The notes beneath the pieces are model-generated. The model was not told the origin of the DNA and did no database searches. It saw only the letters and a program-made list of their open reading frames with translations. A stretch of DNA of 57,746 nucleotides, from positions 1 through 57,746 of the forward strand of contig DAHVAK010000271.1 of NCBI GenBank assembly GCA_027314665.1. Reading direction: 5' to 3'. Both the position numbers and the translations under genes were made by a program. This DNA comes from Spirochaetales bacterium (GTDB taxonomy: Bacteria > Spirochaetota > Spirochaetia > DAHUYW01). Of the stretch, positions 28,704 to 37,386 are shown in pieces (the stretch's first letter is position 1; each line of letters begins with the position of its first letter).

Positions 28704-28759
28704 GGCAGCCCGTCGGCGCCCGCTGGCCTGCTCTCCTCCCTGGGGGAGCCGCGGGGCGC

Positions 28760-29197
28760 TCAATAGGGGTGGGTGATGTACTCCTCGAGCTGCTCGATGA
28801 GCGCCTCCCGATCGGCAAGGGCCGCCTTGAGCACGTCCCCGATGGAGATCATGCCTACCACGGTCTCCTCCTGCACCACGGGCAGATGCCGCACGCGCTT
28901 CTCGATCATGAGCGTCATGCATTCGTCGATGGCGCGCGCGGGGGAGACCGTGAGCACCCCCTCCGTCATGACCTCCGAGACGGGGGTGGCCTGAGAGCGC
29001 TTCCCCTTGAGCACCACCTTGCGCGCGTAGTCGCGCTCCGAGAAGATTCCGACGGGCTTGCCCAAACGATCTGTAACGAGAACCGCTCCGATGTTCTTGT
29101 CGGCCATGAGCTTCAAGGCGTCGAAGATGCTGGTCTCCGGATGGACCGACCAGACATCGCTCCCCTTGCGTCGAAGGACGTCACGAACGTTCTGCAT
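28760..29197 (-). CDS. CBS domain pair protein
   Basis: 145 aa from the ATG at 29197. It has two CBS motifs (VWSVHPETSIFDALKLMADKNIGAVLV, and VLTVSPARAIDECMTLMIEKRVRHLPVVQEETVVGMISIGDV). Confidence 0.85.
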   Translation of the reverse strand: MQNVRDVLRRKGSDVWSVHPETSIFDALKLMADKNIGAVLVTDRLGKPVGIFSERDYARKVVLKGKRSQATPVSEVMTEGVLTVSPARAIDECMTLMIEKRVRHLPVVQEETVVGMISIGDVLKAALADREALIEQLEEYITHPY

Positions 29198-29311
29198 GTG
29201 CGCGCCTCCATGTAACCGGGAATCGCCACTCCCCATACCCGTAGGGAAACACACGCGGGCGTGACTCAAGTGTAGACCGGAATTCTCGCGCTGCACAGCC
29301 TTTTTGTGCCG

Positions 29312-30496
29312 TCAGCAAGCGGCGGGATCGACGTCGGCTTCATAGTCGACGCCTTCGATCTCGAAGCCGGACAGCCCGAGAAACTCCCGGCGGACAGTCG
29401 CGAGGTCGCCGATCGCAGCAAGGTTTTCGGTGGTCGCCTCATCCCACCTGCGGCGCACCTGCTCCTGCACGTCATCCCGCAACTCGCGGTCGTCGAGACG
29501 GATTCGACCCTCGCCGTCGACCGGGACCCGATCGCCCCCGAAGAGAAACTCGCGAAAGAGACGATCGATCTGCTCGATGGGGCCTTCGTGGATGCCCTTC
29601 TCCCGCATCACCCGGTAGAGCAGCGCGGCGTAGAGGGGGAACCCCGCGATGACTGCACCCGCTTTGCTGACCACGGCCTTGTTGACCGAGGCATAGGCCG
29701 AGCCGCCCCGTGCGGCAAGCCGCTGGTGGAGCCGGCGCGCGGTAGCCTCGAGGTGCTCCTTGGCCTTGCCGATCGTCGCGCCCCGATAGAAGGGAAAGGT
29801 CAGCTCGGGCCCCAGGTAGGAGAAGGCTATCGTGGCCGCTCGGGGCGACAGGACCCCACCGGCCTCCAGAGCTTGAATCCAGAGCTCCCAATCCTCGCCG
29901 CCCATCACTTTAATGGTCCCTTCGATCTCATCCTCGCTCGCAGGCTCGAGGTTCACCATGCCGACCCGGGCGGTCATGAGATCGACGGTCTTGACCGAGG
30001 AGCGCTGTCCTACGGGCTTCAAGACCGATCGATAGAGGCCTTCGCCGTTCGGCTTGGGACGCACCGGAGAGGCAAGGCTGTAGACGACGAGATCGACCCT
30101 TCCGAGGCGCTCCCCGATGAGGGCCACGGTCGCCTCCTTCGTGGCCGGCGAGTAGGCGTCGCCGTTGATGCTCCAGGAGTCGAGGCCTGCCGCCCTGGCC
30201 CTCCGGTCGAAGGCGGCGGTGGCATACCAACCCGCCGATCCGGTGCGCGAAGGCGAACCGGGCTTTTCGAGCGCCACGCCGACCGTTGCCGCTCCGCAGC
30301 CGAAGGCCGCCATGACCCGCGAGGCGAGGCCGTATCCGGCGGAGGATCCGATCACGAGGACCTTGCCCGGACCCGCAAGCGGGCCGCGGCCCGCAGCGTA
30401 GTCGATCTGGGCCGATACCAGTCGAGCGCACCCCACGGGGTGAGCCGTGAGGCAGACGTTGTTGCGAATTCGCGGTTCGACGATCACCCTGTCCAC
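29312..30496 (-). CDS. fabV: trans-2-enoyl-CoA/ACP reductase (FabV/TER family)
   Basis: It contains CLTAHPVGCARLV, KVLVIGSSAGYGLASR, AGWYATAAFD and VYSLASPVR. Confidence 0.9.
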   Translation of the reverse strand: MDRVIVEPRIRNNVCLTAHPVGCARLVSAQIDYAAGRGPLAGPGKVLVIGSSAGYGLASRVMAAFGCGAATVGVALEKPGSPSRTGSAGWYATAAFDRRARAAGLDSWSINGDAYSPATKEATVALIGERLGRVDLVVYSLASPVRPKPNGEGLYRSVLKPVGQRSSVKTVDLMTARVGMVNLEPASEDEIEGTIKVMGGEDWELWIQALEAGGVLSPRAATIAFSYLGPELTFPFYRGATIGKAKEHLEATARRLHQRLAARGGSAYASVNKAVVSKAGAVIAGFPLYAALLYRVMREKGIHEGPIEQIDRLFREFLFGGDRVPVDGEGRIRLDDRELRDDVQEQVRRRWDEATTENLAAIGDLATVRREFLGLSGFEIEGVDYEADVDPAAC

Positions 30497-30633
30497 CCCC
30501 GGGAGAGAGAGCCCTGATCGTAGGTGCCTGTGCCCAACCTGTCAACAGAGAGGGAGGAGGGCGCGCACGAACGGCAAGGCGGACCGCGAATTGTAGTGGA
30601 CGCATGATAGGCATAGTTGTACAATCAGGTTCA

Positions 30634-31887
30634 ATGAGAAAGCGGGTAGTAGTTACCGGTATCGGAACGGTCAATCCAGTGGGGCTTTCCGTCACCGAAA
30701 CCTGGAACAACCTGCTTGCGGGGAAAAGCGGGATTGCCCGCGTTCAGGCCTTCGATCCCGAAGAATGGGGTTTGGAGTCGCAGATCGCCGGCGAGGTCAA
30801 GAACTTCGATCCGGGCGCCTTCATGGACAGGAAGGAGGCCCGTCGACTCGATCGCTTCAGCCAGCTCGCCCTGGCCGCCGCCCTGGAGGCGCGACGGGAT
30901 GCCGGCCTCACCCTCGACGGGGAGCTGCGCTATGAGACGGGAACCATCATCGCGAGCGGAGTCGGGGGACTCTCCACCCTCGTCGAACAGGTCCGCAACC
31001 TCCGCGAAAGCGGCGCTCGCCGGGTCAGTCCCTTCACCGTCCCGATGATCATGTCCAACGGCGCAGCGAGCCTCGTCTCAATTCAGCTTGGAGCCTGGGG
31101 ACCGAGCTTCTCGACGGTTTCGGCCTGTGCTTCCTCGGCGGACTCGATCGGGGTGGCCTTGGACATGATCCGAAACGGGCGCGCGCGGGTCATGTTTGCG
31201 GGCGGGAGCGAGGCGGCCATCCTTCCCATCTGTTTCGCAGGTTTCGACCAGGCGCATGCCCTGTGCAGCACCTCCAACGACCATCCCGAGAGGGCTTCCC
31301 GCCCCTTTGACCGGGATCGAAGCGGATTTGTCCTCGCGGAGGGCGCCGCGGTGCTCGTGCTCGAAGAGGAATCCTTCGCACGGGAGCGAGGCGCGCGAAT
31401 TCTAGCGGAGCTCGCCGGGTACGGCTCGGCGGCGGACGGCTATCACGTCACGGCGCCGGAGCCCGACGGGCGAGCTGCCGTCAAGGCGATCGAGGTGGCG
31501 CTCACCGACGCGCAGGCAAGCGCGGACGAGGTCAGCTACATCAACGCCCACGGCACCTCCACCCGCCTCAACGACAAGGTGGAGACCCTCTCGATCAAGA
31601 AGGTCTTCGGCGATGCGGCCGAAGGCATCCCGATAAGCTCGACCAAGTCGATGACGGGGCACCTCGGCGGCGCAACCGGCGCCCTGGAAGCCCTCGTCTG
31701 CGTCAAGGCGGTCGAGACGGGATGGGCGCCTCCAACCATTAACTACGATAATCAAGACCCGGAATGCGACCTCGACTACATCCCGTGGCAAGCCCGCGAG
31801 ATTGCGAGCGGGGTCGTGCTCACGAACTCCTTCGGATTCGGTGGTCACAGCACGTGCCTTGCTTTCAGGAAATACGAAGCGAAATGA
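30634..31887 (+). CDS. fabF: 3-oxoacyl-ACP synthase II
   Basis: The start is chosen by homology (MRKRVVVTGIGTVNPVGL). The active-site Cys block is STVSACASSADSIG, and the His blocks are INAHGTSTRLND and MTGHLGGATG. Confidence 0.92.
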   Translation: MRKRVVVTGIGTVNPVGLSVTETWNNLLAGKSGIARVQAFDPEEWGLESQIAGEVKNFDPGAFMDRKEARRLDRFSQLALAAALEARRDAGLTLDGELRYETGTIIASGVGGLSTLVEQVRNLRESGARRVSPFTVPMIMSNGAASLVSIQLGAWGPSFSTVSACASSADSIGVALDMIRNGRARVMFAGGSEAAILPICFAGFDQAHALCSTSNDHPERASRPFDRDRSGFVLAEGAAVLVLEEESFARERGARILAELAGYGSAADGYHVTAPEPDGRAAVKAIEVALTDAQASADEVSYINAHGTSTRLNDKVETLSIKKVFGDAAEGIPISSTKSMTGHLGGATGALEALVCVKAVETGWAPPTINYDNQDPECDLDYIPWQAREIASGVVLTNSFGFGGHSTCLAFRKYEAK

Positions 31888-31912
31888 ATCGATCGGCCAA
31901 TGGAGGCGAGGC

Positions 31913-32800
31913 ATGGAAAACGAGCAAGCAAGCTACGACTATGAGCCGTTCGCGGCTACGGCAGAGTACAAGGAAGTCAATCAGACGATAGTCCGCCGGT
32001 GGGTGGGGGCTATTTCGGCGAGGGGCGGAAGACCGGTCCGAAGAGTTCTCGATCTCGCCACAGGGGTTGGGACGATGGTCGAGTTGTTTCTCGACTATCT
32101 ACCGGTTGGGTGGGCCCAGCCCGAAGTAATCTGCCTGGACCAGAACGAAACGGCCCTGATCCAAGCGAGGGAGAACCTTCGACCAAGGGTCAAGAACCTG
32201 AATCTCCTGCACTCAACGGTCGAGGAGATGAACCTGCCGCCGGGAAGCGTCGATGTCGTCATCTGGGGAAACGGGATCCACTACCTCAACGAGGGGGCGC
32301 AAGAGAGCGCGCTGCGCAACATCCGCCGAACCTTGACGGAGGGCGGATGGTTCTTCTTCAATTCCGCGTTCTGCTTCGAGTCGAGGCCCCCGCAGACCAT
32401 TCCCTTCTACCGCACCCAGATCCGGAAGGCCGTCGGCTACCTTCGGGCCCGAGGGGTCATGCGCGAGGAGAAGGAGAGCAGACCCGCGGCGGGGAATTTC
32501 CTGCCCGAGGCTCACTACCAGATGCTTTTGCAGCGCATGGGCTTCGCGGTGGAGGAAATGAAGGACGTCGAAGTCCGGGTGCATCAGACCGCGCTCGAGC
32601 ACATCAGCGGATTCGTCCAGTACGCAGCCGGCGCCCTTCACGGCTACCGACCGGAGGCTGCCGCGGAAGCCATGCGCGAGACCGTGGAGCCGGCGCTGAA
32701 GGAGCACGGCGTTCGTGACGAGAACGATCAGCTCTACATCCCGCGGAACTGGATGGAGGTCATTGCCCGAGTCTTCGCCCCCCTTGCCGCCGGAGCGTAA
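31913..32800 (+). CDS. class I SAM-dependent methyltransferase
   Basis: Start at the ATG at 31913. Motif I is VLDLATGVGTMV and the post-I/II region is VDVVIWGNGIHYL. Confidence 0.75.
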   Translation: MENEQASYDYEPFAATAEYKEVNQTIVRRWVGAISARGGRPVRRVLDLATGVGTMVELFLDYLPVGWAQPEVICLDQNETALIQARENLRPRVKNLNLLHSTVEEMNLPPGSVDVVIWGNGIHYLNEGAQESALRNIRRTLTEGGWFFFNSAFCFESRPPQTIPFYRTQIRKAVGYLRARGVMREEKESRPAAGNFLPEAHYQMLLQRMGFAVEEMKDVEVRVHQTALEHISGFVQYAAGALHGYRPEAAAEAMRETVEPALKEHGVRDENDQLYIPRNWMEVIARVFAPLAAGA

Positions 32801-32853
32801 GCCGGAAGCCGCTGAGCCCGACCGGCCCTCGAGCGAAGCCGCGGGCTTGGTGA

Positions 32854-34920
32854 TCAGCCGACGAGGTGAACGAGCCTCCAGCCCCAATTGACGAATGCCC
32901 CGAGGAGCAGCGCTCCGACGACCTCCGCTCCCGAAATGAGAAGGGCCTTCGACGAGCCGAACTCGCGCCTGAGAACGGCGATCGTGCTCACGCAGGGCAC
33001 GTAGAGCATGACAATGAGCGCAAACACGTAGATCTGGCGCGGGCTCAGCACGGTGTTGAGGAGCATCGTGTGACTGAGCGCCGCTAACATGATGAGGGTG
33101 AGCTCCTTTCGAAAGATCCCGAAGATGAGCACGATGATGGCGATCGCCGGAAGTCCCAGCACCCCCTCGGTGAAGGGCGCGAGCGCCTGCGAGATCCAAT
33201 CCAGAACCCCGACCAGGTTCAAGAGATAGAGCACCAAGCTGCCGATGACGATGATGGGAAAGGCAAACTGCAGAAAGTCCTTCAGCCGGAACCAGGTCTG
33301 ACGAATGGTGATGCGGGCGACCGGTACCTTGAGCTTCGGCATCTCCATGATGAGGCCGGGATTGTCGCCCGGAAGGAGACGGTTCATGATTCGTCCGACG
33401 ACAAACATGAGCACCAGACTCACCAGGTAGAGGGAGAGTGCCGGAAGAAACCCGAGGAAGACCCCGACCAGCCCGAGGATCACTACGGTTCGGGCAGAGC
33501 AGGGGACGAGGGTCGCGAGCACCGCGGCGATGAGGCGGTTTCGCGGCTGTTCCATGATCCGGGTTCCCATGACCGCCGGGACGTTGCATCCGACCCCGAG
33601 GATGATGGGAATGAAGGCCTTCCCATGGAGCCCAAGGCGATGCATGAGTGAATCAGTGAGAAAGGCGATCCGCGCGAGATACCCGCTGTTCTCGAGAATC
33701 GAGAGAGCGATGTAGAACGGGACGATGTAGGGGAGGGCCACCTCGACGCCCGCAACCACCCCCTCCACGAGCCCCTGCCAGAGGAAGTTGGACAGCCAAG
33801 AGGGCAGGGACAGGCCATAGAAGGCCGTGCGCGCAACCGCGAACAACCCATCGAGAAGCGTCGAGAGCCGATCGCCGATGAAGTAGATGGCCCCGAAGAG
33901 GGCGAACATCCCGACGACGAAGACGACCCAACCTCCGAGCTTCGTCAGGAGAAAGGAATCGAGCTGCTCGCCTGCCGCGCGCGTCTTGCGCTTGGTCGTG
34001 CGCACGACGGCATCGACTGCCCTGGCGCAGAAGGCGTAGCGCTCAGCGGCGAGGATTGTCGCCACGGGATGGCCGTGCAGCCGCTCGAGCCGCTTTGCAA
34101 GCGCGCGGGCGAGGGCGAGGGGGTCCTGCACGGCGGAGACCGGAGCTTCCACGAGCCCCGTCGCCGGGGAGCCTCCGCCCGGCTCGCGCGTGCCGTTGCG
34201 CTCCTTGCCGACGGCAAGCGAGGCCCTCACCGCCTCCGCGATCTCCCGATCCGATTCGAGGAGCTTGATCGCCGCGAAACGCGACGGATAGCCCTGGATC
34301 GAGGATCGCCCGTGATGCGGGGCCAGACTCCGCTCGAGAGAGGCGATCGCCCCCTCCACCTCCCGCCCGTAGCGGACGACGGAGCTCCTGGTCGACCCCG
34401 AAAGCGAGAGCGCCGCCTCGATCAGCTCCGTGAGCCCCTTCCCCGTGACCCCGGAGGTCTTCACGACCGGAACCCCGAGGAGCTCGCCGAGCCTTGCCTC
34501 GTCGATCTCGATCCCCGACTTTTCCGCCAAATCGAAGAGATTGAGGGCGAGGACGATCGGCGCCCCGAGCTCGATGAGCTGGAGGGTGAAGTAGAGATTG
34601 CGCTGCAGCACCGTGGAATCGACCACGTTGACGACGGCGTTGGGCCTCGCCTCTGCAATGTACTCCCGGCTTACAAGCTCCTCCTGGGAGTAGGTGGAAA
34701 GCGAATAGATCCCGGGGAGATCGACAACGCGGATGCTTCGCCCGCCATGCAGGCAGACCCCCTCGGCGAGCTCGACCGTCTTGCCCGGCCAGTTGCCGAC
34801 GATCTGATTCATCCCGGTGAGCGCGTTGAAGATGACGCTCTTGCCCACGTTCGCGTTCCCTGCCAGCGCGATGAGGTAGTCAGCTTTCTGTCCGGCTTTC
34901 GGGAATTGGGAGGCTGTCAT
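32854..34920 (-). CDS. feoB: ferrous iron transporter FeoB
   Basis: The G-domain is IALAGNANVGKSVIFNALTG with DLPGIYSL and NLFD. It is followed by the polytopic membrane domain. Confidence 0.95.
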   Translation of the reverse strand: MTASQFPKAGQKADYLIALAGNANVGKSVIFNALTGMNQIVGNWPGKTVELAEGVCLHGGRSIRVVDLPGIYSLSTYSQEELVSREYIAEARPNAVVNVVDSTVLQRNLYFTLQLIELGAPIVLALNLFDLAEKSGIEIDEARLGELLGVPVVKTSGVTGKGLTELIEAALSLSGSTRSSVVRYGREVEGAIASLERSLAPHHGRSSIQGYPSRFAAIKLLESDREIAEAVRASLAVGKERNGTREPGGGSPATGLVEAPVSAVQDPLALARALAKRLERLHGHPVATILAAERYAFCARAVDAVVRTTKRKTRAAGEQLDSFLLTKLGGWVVFVVGMFALFGAIYFIGDRLSTLLDGLFAVARTAFYGLSLPSWLSNFLWQGLVEGVVAGVEVALPYIVPFYIALSILENSGYLARIAFLTDSLMHRLGLHGKAFIPIILGVGCNVPAVMGTRIMEQPRNRLIAAVLATLVPCSARTVVILGLVGVFLGFLPALSLYLVSLVLMFVVGRIMNRLLPGDNPGLIMEMPKLKVPVARITIRQTWFRLKDFLQFAFPIIVIGSLVLYLLNLVGVLDWISQALAPFTEGVLGLPAIAIIVLIFGIFRKELTLIMLAALSHTMLLNTVLSPRQIYVFALIVMLYVPCVSTIAVLRREFGSSKALLISGAEVVGALLLGAFVNWGWRLVHLVG

Positions 34921-34940
34921 GGCTTCACCGTGCGCTTGCG

Positions 34941-35609
34941 TCAGTCGACGGGCTCGCCTGATGGCTCTACGGAGGCCGCCGAGGGCATGACGACGACCCG
35001 AGCGGCGACACCGCGACCGAGCGCGAGCCTCGATCCCTGGACCTCGATCTCCACCGGCCCGCCCGCCCGACGGGCGCGAAGGCGAACCGGGGTCCCCGGG
35101 GCGATCCCCATGTCCTCGAGCCGGCGCCGCGCGCCCCCGCCGCCGCTAATGAGACAGACCCGGTACTCTCGATCCTCTTCGGCTTGGGTGAGAGGGATGG
35201 CCCCCTGCGAGAACAGATCGAGCAGGGAGAGCCGCTCGTCCCGCAGCCCGCTCTCGGTGTCAATCGTCATCTCGTGCTCTATCCGACAGGCCTCTTCGTG
35301 CGCCCGTGCCGTGCGCATCCCGAGAAGACGAAACACCCCTTCGGCCAACTCATGGCGCTGGTAGATCTTCCGGCCGATCGACCGCCCCCCTCTCGCGAGG
35401 TGGACGGCCTCGCCCTCCATCGTCACGAAGCCGCCGGCGAGCAGATCGAGAAGAACCGCACCGATGGCGACGCCGGACAGGTCGGAGTTGTCCCGCAGAG
35501 CCCGCACGGTGGACGGCTGCGATCCAAGCTCCAACCTATAAAGGGCTTCGAGGCACTCTTCCCGCACCTCCCTCTCGCCCCTATTCCTTCGGTCGCTCAT
35601 CGAGTGCAC
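34941..35609 (-). CDS. DtxR/MntR-like regulator fused to a FeoA (SH3-like) domain
   Basis: It has an N-terminal wHTH and a metal-regulator dimerisation region (IYQRHELAEGVFRLLGM..AHEEACRIEH). The C-terminal FeoA-like part is YRVCLISGGGGARRRLEDMGIAPGTPVRL. It sits directly upstream of feoB. Confidence 0.75.
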   Translation of the reverse strand: MHSMSDRRNRGEREVREECLEALYRLELGSQPSTVRALRDNSDLSGVAIGAVLLDLLAGGFVTMEGEAVHLARGGRSIGRKIYQRHELAEGVFRLLGMRTARAHEEACRIEHEMTIDTESGLRDERLSLLDLFSQGAIPLTQAEEDREYRVCLISGGGGARRRLEDMGIAPGTPVRLRARRAGGPVEIEVQGSRLALGRGVAARVVVMPSAASVEPSGEPVD

Positions 35610-35948
35610 TCCTTTTCGCTCTTCAGGCTCCCGATATCTATCATACGCAAGATCGGGGTCGAAGGGGAAGGGCCGCGCTCACCCTGTCTGCCGTGCGGAC
35701 CCTCCGCGACGACCCCAGGTCCGATGAAGCTCGCGAGGCTTCCGATCGCGTAGAGGTGGGCGTGCTCACGGCTGGCGCTATGGACACCAGTTCGACGCCT
35801 CGCCGGCCTTCGTAAGGTTCCGCGCCGTTTTCCGCATGCGGTGAGCCCCCCCCAAGAGTTTCTCAGGGCCCCTGTGCCGACCACCTTGCCGAAGGTCGCG
35901 CGACGGGGCTACCCTGGGAGAGCCTTGAAGAGGCCAAAGGGGGCGGCG

Positions 35949-37376
35949 GTGTTTCTCGGCATCGACCTTGGCACCGGGTCGGTCAAAGTGATGCTCCTCG
36001 ATTCGCAGGGAAGGGAGCGACTTGCCGTCCGTTCCTACCCGATCGAGTCTCCCGCGCCGGGGCGGGCGGAGAGCGATCCCGAGGCCTGGCTTGCGGCGAT
36101 CCGCGCCGCGGTGGGCGAGCTCTCCCCGCTTCCGCCGCTTCGCGGGATCGGACTGTCGGGGCAGATGCACGGCGTCGTCCCAATTTCGCGGGAGGGTCTC
36201 GCTCCTCTGCAGCGCGCCATCCTCTGGGCCGACCAGCGGGGCGCCCCCTACCTCCAGCGGTTTGCGGGGCTGTCCGGCGAGATGAGGGCGCGGATGCTCA
36301 ACGAGCCGGCCGCGGGCCTTACGGCGACCACGCTCCTGTGGATGAAGCACGAGAGCCCGCGGGACTACGAGCGCGTCGAGGAGATCCTTTTCCCCAAGGA
36401 CTACATCAGGGCGGTCCTCACCGGGACCATGGCAACCGATCCCTCGGATGCGAGCGGAAGTCTCCTCTATGACTTCAAAACGAGGGGATGGTATTGGGAG
36501 CTGATCGGCGCCCTGGAGCTCGACGAGGAGATGCTGCCCGAGATCCGCTGGGCGACCGAGCCGGCGGGGGTCGTTACCACTGAAGGGGCGCGGAGGAGCG
36601 GGCTGCCCGCGGGGACTCTCGTTGCCGTAGGAGCGGCCGACGCCCCCGCCGGGGTGTACGGAAGCGGGCTGGCGGGAGCGGCGGAGGCTCAGCTTTCGGT
36701 CGGGACCGCCGCGCAGATCTCGCGCCCCATCCCGAGCGACCGCCTCCCGGAGCGGATTGCCTCGCTCAACGTCTTCGAGGGGGTGCTGCCGTCGCAGCGC
36801 TATCGGGTTGCCGCGATGCTCAACGCGGGAGTTGCCCTGGAGTGGGCGAGGGGGCTTTTCCCGCGGGAATGGGAGGCGGTCTACGCCGCGCTCGAATCCC
36901 GAGGGCTCGCGGAGGGAAGCGACCTTCTGTTCCTGCCCTACCTGACCGGCGAGCGCACCCCCTACCTCAATCCGCGCGCGCGGGGCGCGTGGATCGGGCT
37001 CTCCCTTCACCACACGGCGGATGACCTCCTCTTTGCGGCGCTTCTCGGAGTGGCCTGCTCGATTCGCTTGGGGCTCGAGACCCTCGGTGCCGAGGGGATC
37101 GAGCGCATCCTCGCGGTGGGGGGGAGCCTGCGCCATCTCTTCTGGCGGAGGGTTCTCGCGACCGTGATCGGGAGACCCCTCTCGGTCTCGCCCCATCCGG
37201 ACATCTCCGCCCGCGGGGCGGCCCTTCTCGCGGCGGCGATGACGGGCGAGCGGCTGCCGGTCGCGCAGGAGCCCGACGCCCCCCAGGAGCCCGAGGAGGC
37301 TCCCTGGGTCGAGGAATACTACCGAAGCTTCCGGGAGGGCTATCGGGCCCTGCAGCCCGTGCAACCGCCCCTATGA
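35949..37376 (+). CDS. xylB: FGGY carbohydrate kinase, xylulokinase-like (copy 1)
   Basis: The start is taken at the GTG at 35949 (VFLGIDLGTGSVK), by analogy with copy 2. The TTG at 35925 is an alternative. Other blocks are GLSGQMHG, ILWADQR, DASGSLLYD and PYLTGERTP. Confidence 0.85.
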   Translation: MFLGIDLGTGSVKVMLLDSQGRERLAVRSYPIESPAPGRAESDPEAWLAAIRAAVGELSPLPPLRGIGLSGQMHGVVPISREGLAPLQRAILWADQRGAPYLQRFAGLSGEMRARMLNEPAAGLTATTLLWMKHESPRDYERVEEILFPKDYIRAVLTGTMATDPSDASGSLLYDFKTRGWYWELIGALELDEEMLPEIRWATEPAGVVTTEGARRSGLPAGTLVAVGAADAPAGVYGSGLAGAAEAQLSVGTAAQISRPIPSDRLPERIASLNVFEGVLPSQRYRVAAMLNAGVALEWARGLFPREWEAVYAALESRGLAEGSDLLFLPYLTGERTPYLNPRARGAWIGLSLHHTADDLLFAALLGVACSIRLGLETLGAEGIERILAVGGSLRHLFWRRVLATVIGRPLSVSPHPDISARGAALLAAAMTGERLPVAQEPDAPQEPEEAPWVEEYYRSFREGYRALQPVQPPL

Positions 37377-37386
37377 CCGCCCTCCC

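Noticed and set aside
30617-30624. The TTGTACAA palindrome in the fabV-fabF divergent region as a FapR/FabT-type operator.
   Set aside because: It is only an 8-bp palindrome that could occur by chance, and it does not match any operator consensus I can recall. It is not reported as a feature.
35625-35653. The inverted repeat CCCGAT-N17-ATCGGG upstream of the DtxR/FeoA-feoB operon as an iron box.
   Set aside because: The arms are short (6 bp) and bear no resemblance to the DtxR/IdeR or Fur box consensus. It is too weak to call.
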